Positions 61,834 to 64,000 of a DNA stretch of 64,000 bases are shown piece after piece; the stretch's first letter is position 1, and the number at the start of each line of letters is the position of its first letter. The notes below the pieces were generated by a model. It did not search any database, was not told where the DNA came from, and worked only from the letters and a program-made list of their open reading frames with translations. The DNA comes from Aplysia californica (Eukaryota): the NCBI RefSeq assembly GCF_000002075.1, contig NW_004797280.1:2590147-2654146 (forward strand). Direction: 5' to 3'. A program made the position numbers and the translations under genes.

Positions 61834-63045
61834 CTGCCCGAAAAAAAATATGGACACAGAAAATTAGCCTTCACATTTTACAAGAATACTTGATGAACCC
61901 ATTAACACAACTCTGGTGAACAAAAACAAAAAACGGGACAGCAGGCACATTTCGACGGAGGCATGGTTTCAAGTCTTCTGTGTTCAACCTGTCCATGTTA
62001 TACTGTATAGTCAACCTCCCCCCCCCCCCCCCCACCTTGGAGTGAGCATGAAGTTGGCAGTAAAGGTGGGCTGGCGGTGTAAGTTAGTGTAACAGAAGAG
62101 CACTGATTGCCATCTTGACAAGAAGCAAACTGTGACCAGTCTTGACTCATCTAGATCTGCCATTTATGTGATTGCCATAAGCAGGGAAATACGAGTAGTT
62201 GTACTAATAACATGTACAGCTCCAACTGAAATTAATGTACAGTCAAATTTCGTTATACCACCCCCTGTTGTACTGCCAGCCCCTCTTACTGCCAGCAATA
62301 GGTCCTTAGTTTAGATCTAATATTTCGGAGCCTGTACAGTCATTATTCCACTCTTCAGTGGGCATGGCACATGCATCACCATCACCTGTGACTGTGCGTG
62401 AGTTTGCAGAACTAGATCTAGGCCTAGCACCAGTGCTTTTTTCACCATCATCATCGTCTTAATCATGAATTCCCATCAACTGTTGCATATCAAAAGCATC
62501 CTCAATTAAGATATCAGACAGATTATCTTCAATATCACTGTGAGTGTGAGGAATGTTTTAATAACTGGAACAGATTTTGCCCTGAAAGACCAGACAAATC
62601 ATCATCAGAGATAAACCACTTATCTTGCTTCATCAAAGCCACCAGCTCTCTCAATTCAGTTTATCAAAACTTTCCACTAAGCAAGCAAACTTTAACACAG
62701 TTGTTTCCCCTAACACAGGCAGCAGTAAATGGTGATAACTGGAGTCAATTCAGGTTTACAATGGTATAAGACACCGTAGCGGGAGCGGATAGAAGGGGTA
62801 TAGGATGCTAAAGGTTAAAGTGGGTATTTTGCGTTTCGTCAAAGACGTGTGGATATCTCATCAATTTAAAGGATAAAAATCCAACATAGATTTCATCAAT
62901 CAGCGAATGTCAACTAAGCCTTATATCATGTTTACGAAAGTTGCTAAAGATTATTCTGTAAATAAAGAGTAGAACAGAAATCTAAATTTTTCTTAAAACC
63001 GAAAAGATATGTCGCGTTTTGTCGTGAAACTCTTCACTTATGTTA

Positions 63046-63833
63046 CAGTGGAGTCGACTTATCATGAGTCCTGAAATAACAAAAAATCTGCTATAAAGAC
63101 GCTAATCTAAAACCACATTTTTCCCCCTTCTTTATCTCTGTAAATGAAATACTGCTACAGCCCAATCAGACAAACAAGTGAGTCTGTTATAGCCGAATAT
63201 TGCTGCTGCTTTGCACAGCGCATAGACCAGTTATACATAAAACCTTGCCAGTTGAGAAACATGTTGGTGATCTAGCGAAACAAAGAATGGGAGAGCCCAC
63301 ATGAGCCAACAATGAAGGCAGGAGTGAATGAGTGGGGAGGGTGTGGCATGCGCAGATAAGCAGAACTCATTGCGTGATAGGTCAGCCTTGTCTAGATTAT
63401 CTTGGCCTACCATGCCTCTCACTTCTCCGATGCGAGGATGGAGAGGTCACAGTGCTGTGATGGATGGAGTGAAAGTGTGACGTGCGCAAGCAGACGGAAC
63501 GCACCACAGCAGGGGGTGTGGTGGGGTGGGGGACAACACAGCTGGCAAGTTAACCTAGAGCCCTTTCTTTCTGATCGCCAATGCAGAGCCATCAACATTG
63601 CTCACGCTAGAGAAAGAAACCAGATTCGATTTTTGATAAAGTAAGACCAAGAAATCATGTTGAACAAAATCATAATCAGGGGAGATAACAAAAAGAAATA
63701 AACAGAACACTAAACTCATAGATTGGGCCTGCTTTATTATTTCCCTTGAGTTTATTACTAGATCCATGAGAATCCTGCTATAACAGACATTTCGCACCAG
63801 TCCCCTTCCTCTCGTTATAACAGGATTCCACTA
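63046..63833. mobile_element. TA-flanked MITE family 3, inverted copy in the GrpE intron
   Basis: Reverse complement aligns along its length with 31924-32713. Confidence 0.85.
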
Positions 63834-64000
63834 TATTACCTTCAGGTCTTCCCATCTGCCATGCACAACAAACTAACTATAGAAAAGGAAAATGGGACTG
63901 AGAAGAAAGGGGTATAAAAGCTAGAGGATGAGATGATAAACACAGAAAGACAGATTGTGAAATGGCAAGAAAACTATTTTTTAAATTAAATTGAGCCTCA

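Overview
Eukaryotic (invertebrate animal, probably molluscan; taxon is inferred) genomic DNA with six assembly gaps. I hand-spliced four intron-containing genes: MOB4/phocein (+, 8 exons, 224 aa), FAHD2 (-, 7 exons, 316 aa), an LRRC46-like LRR gene (+, 7 exons, 303 aa; head-to-head with FAHD2) and the last exon of mitochondrial GrpE (-). The rest is dense with mobile DNA: a decayed RTE LINE with a nested tRNA-SINE, a 5'-truncated Ty1/copia element with an open RT-RNase H frame, at least 7 families of TA-flanked CAG..CTG MITEs, piggyBac-type and hAT-type MITEs, and a Helitron 3' end. The two most unusual signals are (1) short palindromic insertions at TA sites (TA>TAGATCTA, TA>TAGG(G)CCTA), visible as indels between paralogous repeats and inside a LINE reading frame, and (2) two Mutator-like families that share asymmetric termini and TATTC..GAATA palindrome arms but have different palindrome cores. 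No CRISPR array, rRNA or true tRNA is supported. All homology calls come from motif recognition, not database searches.
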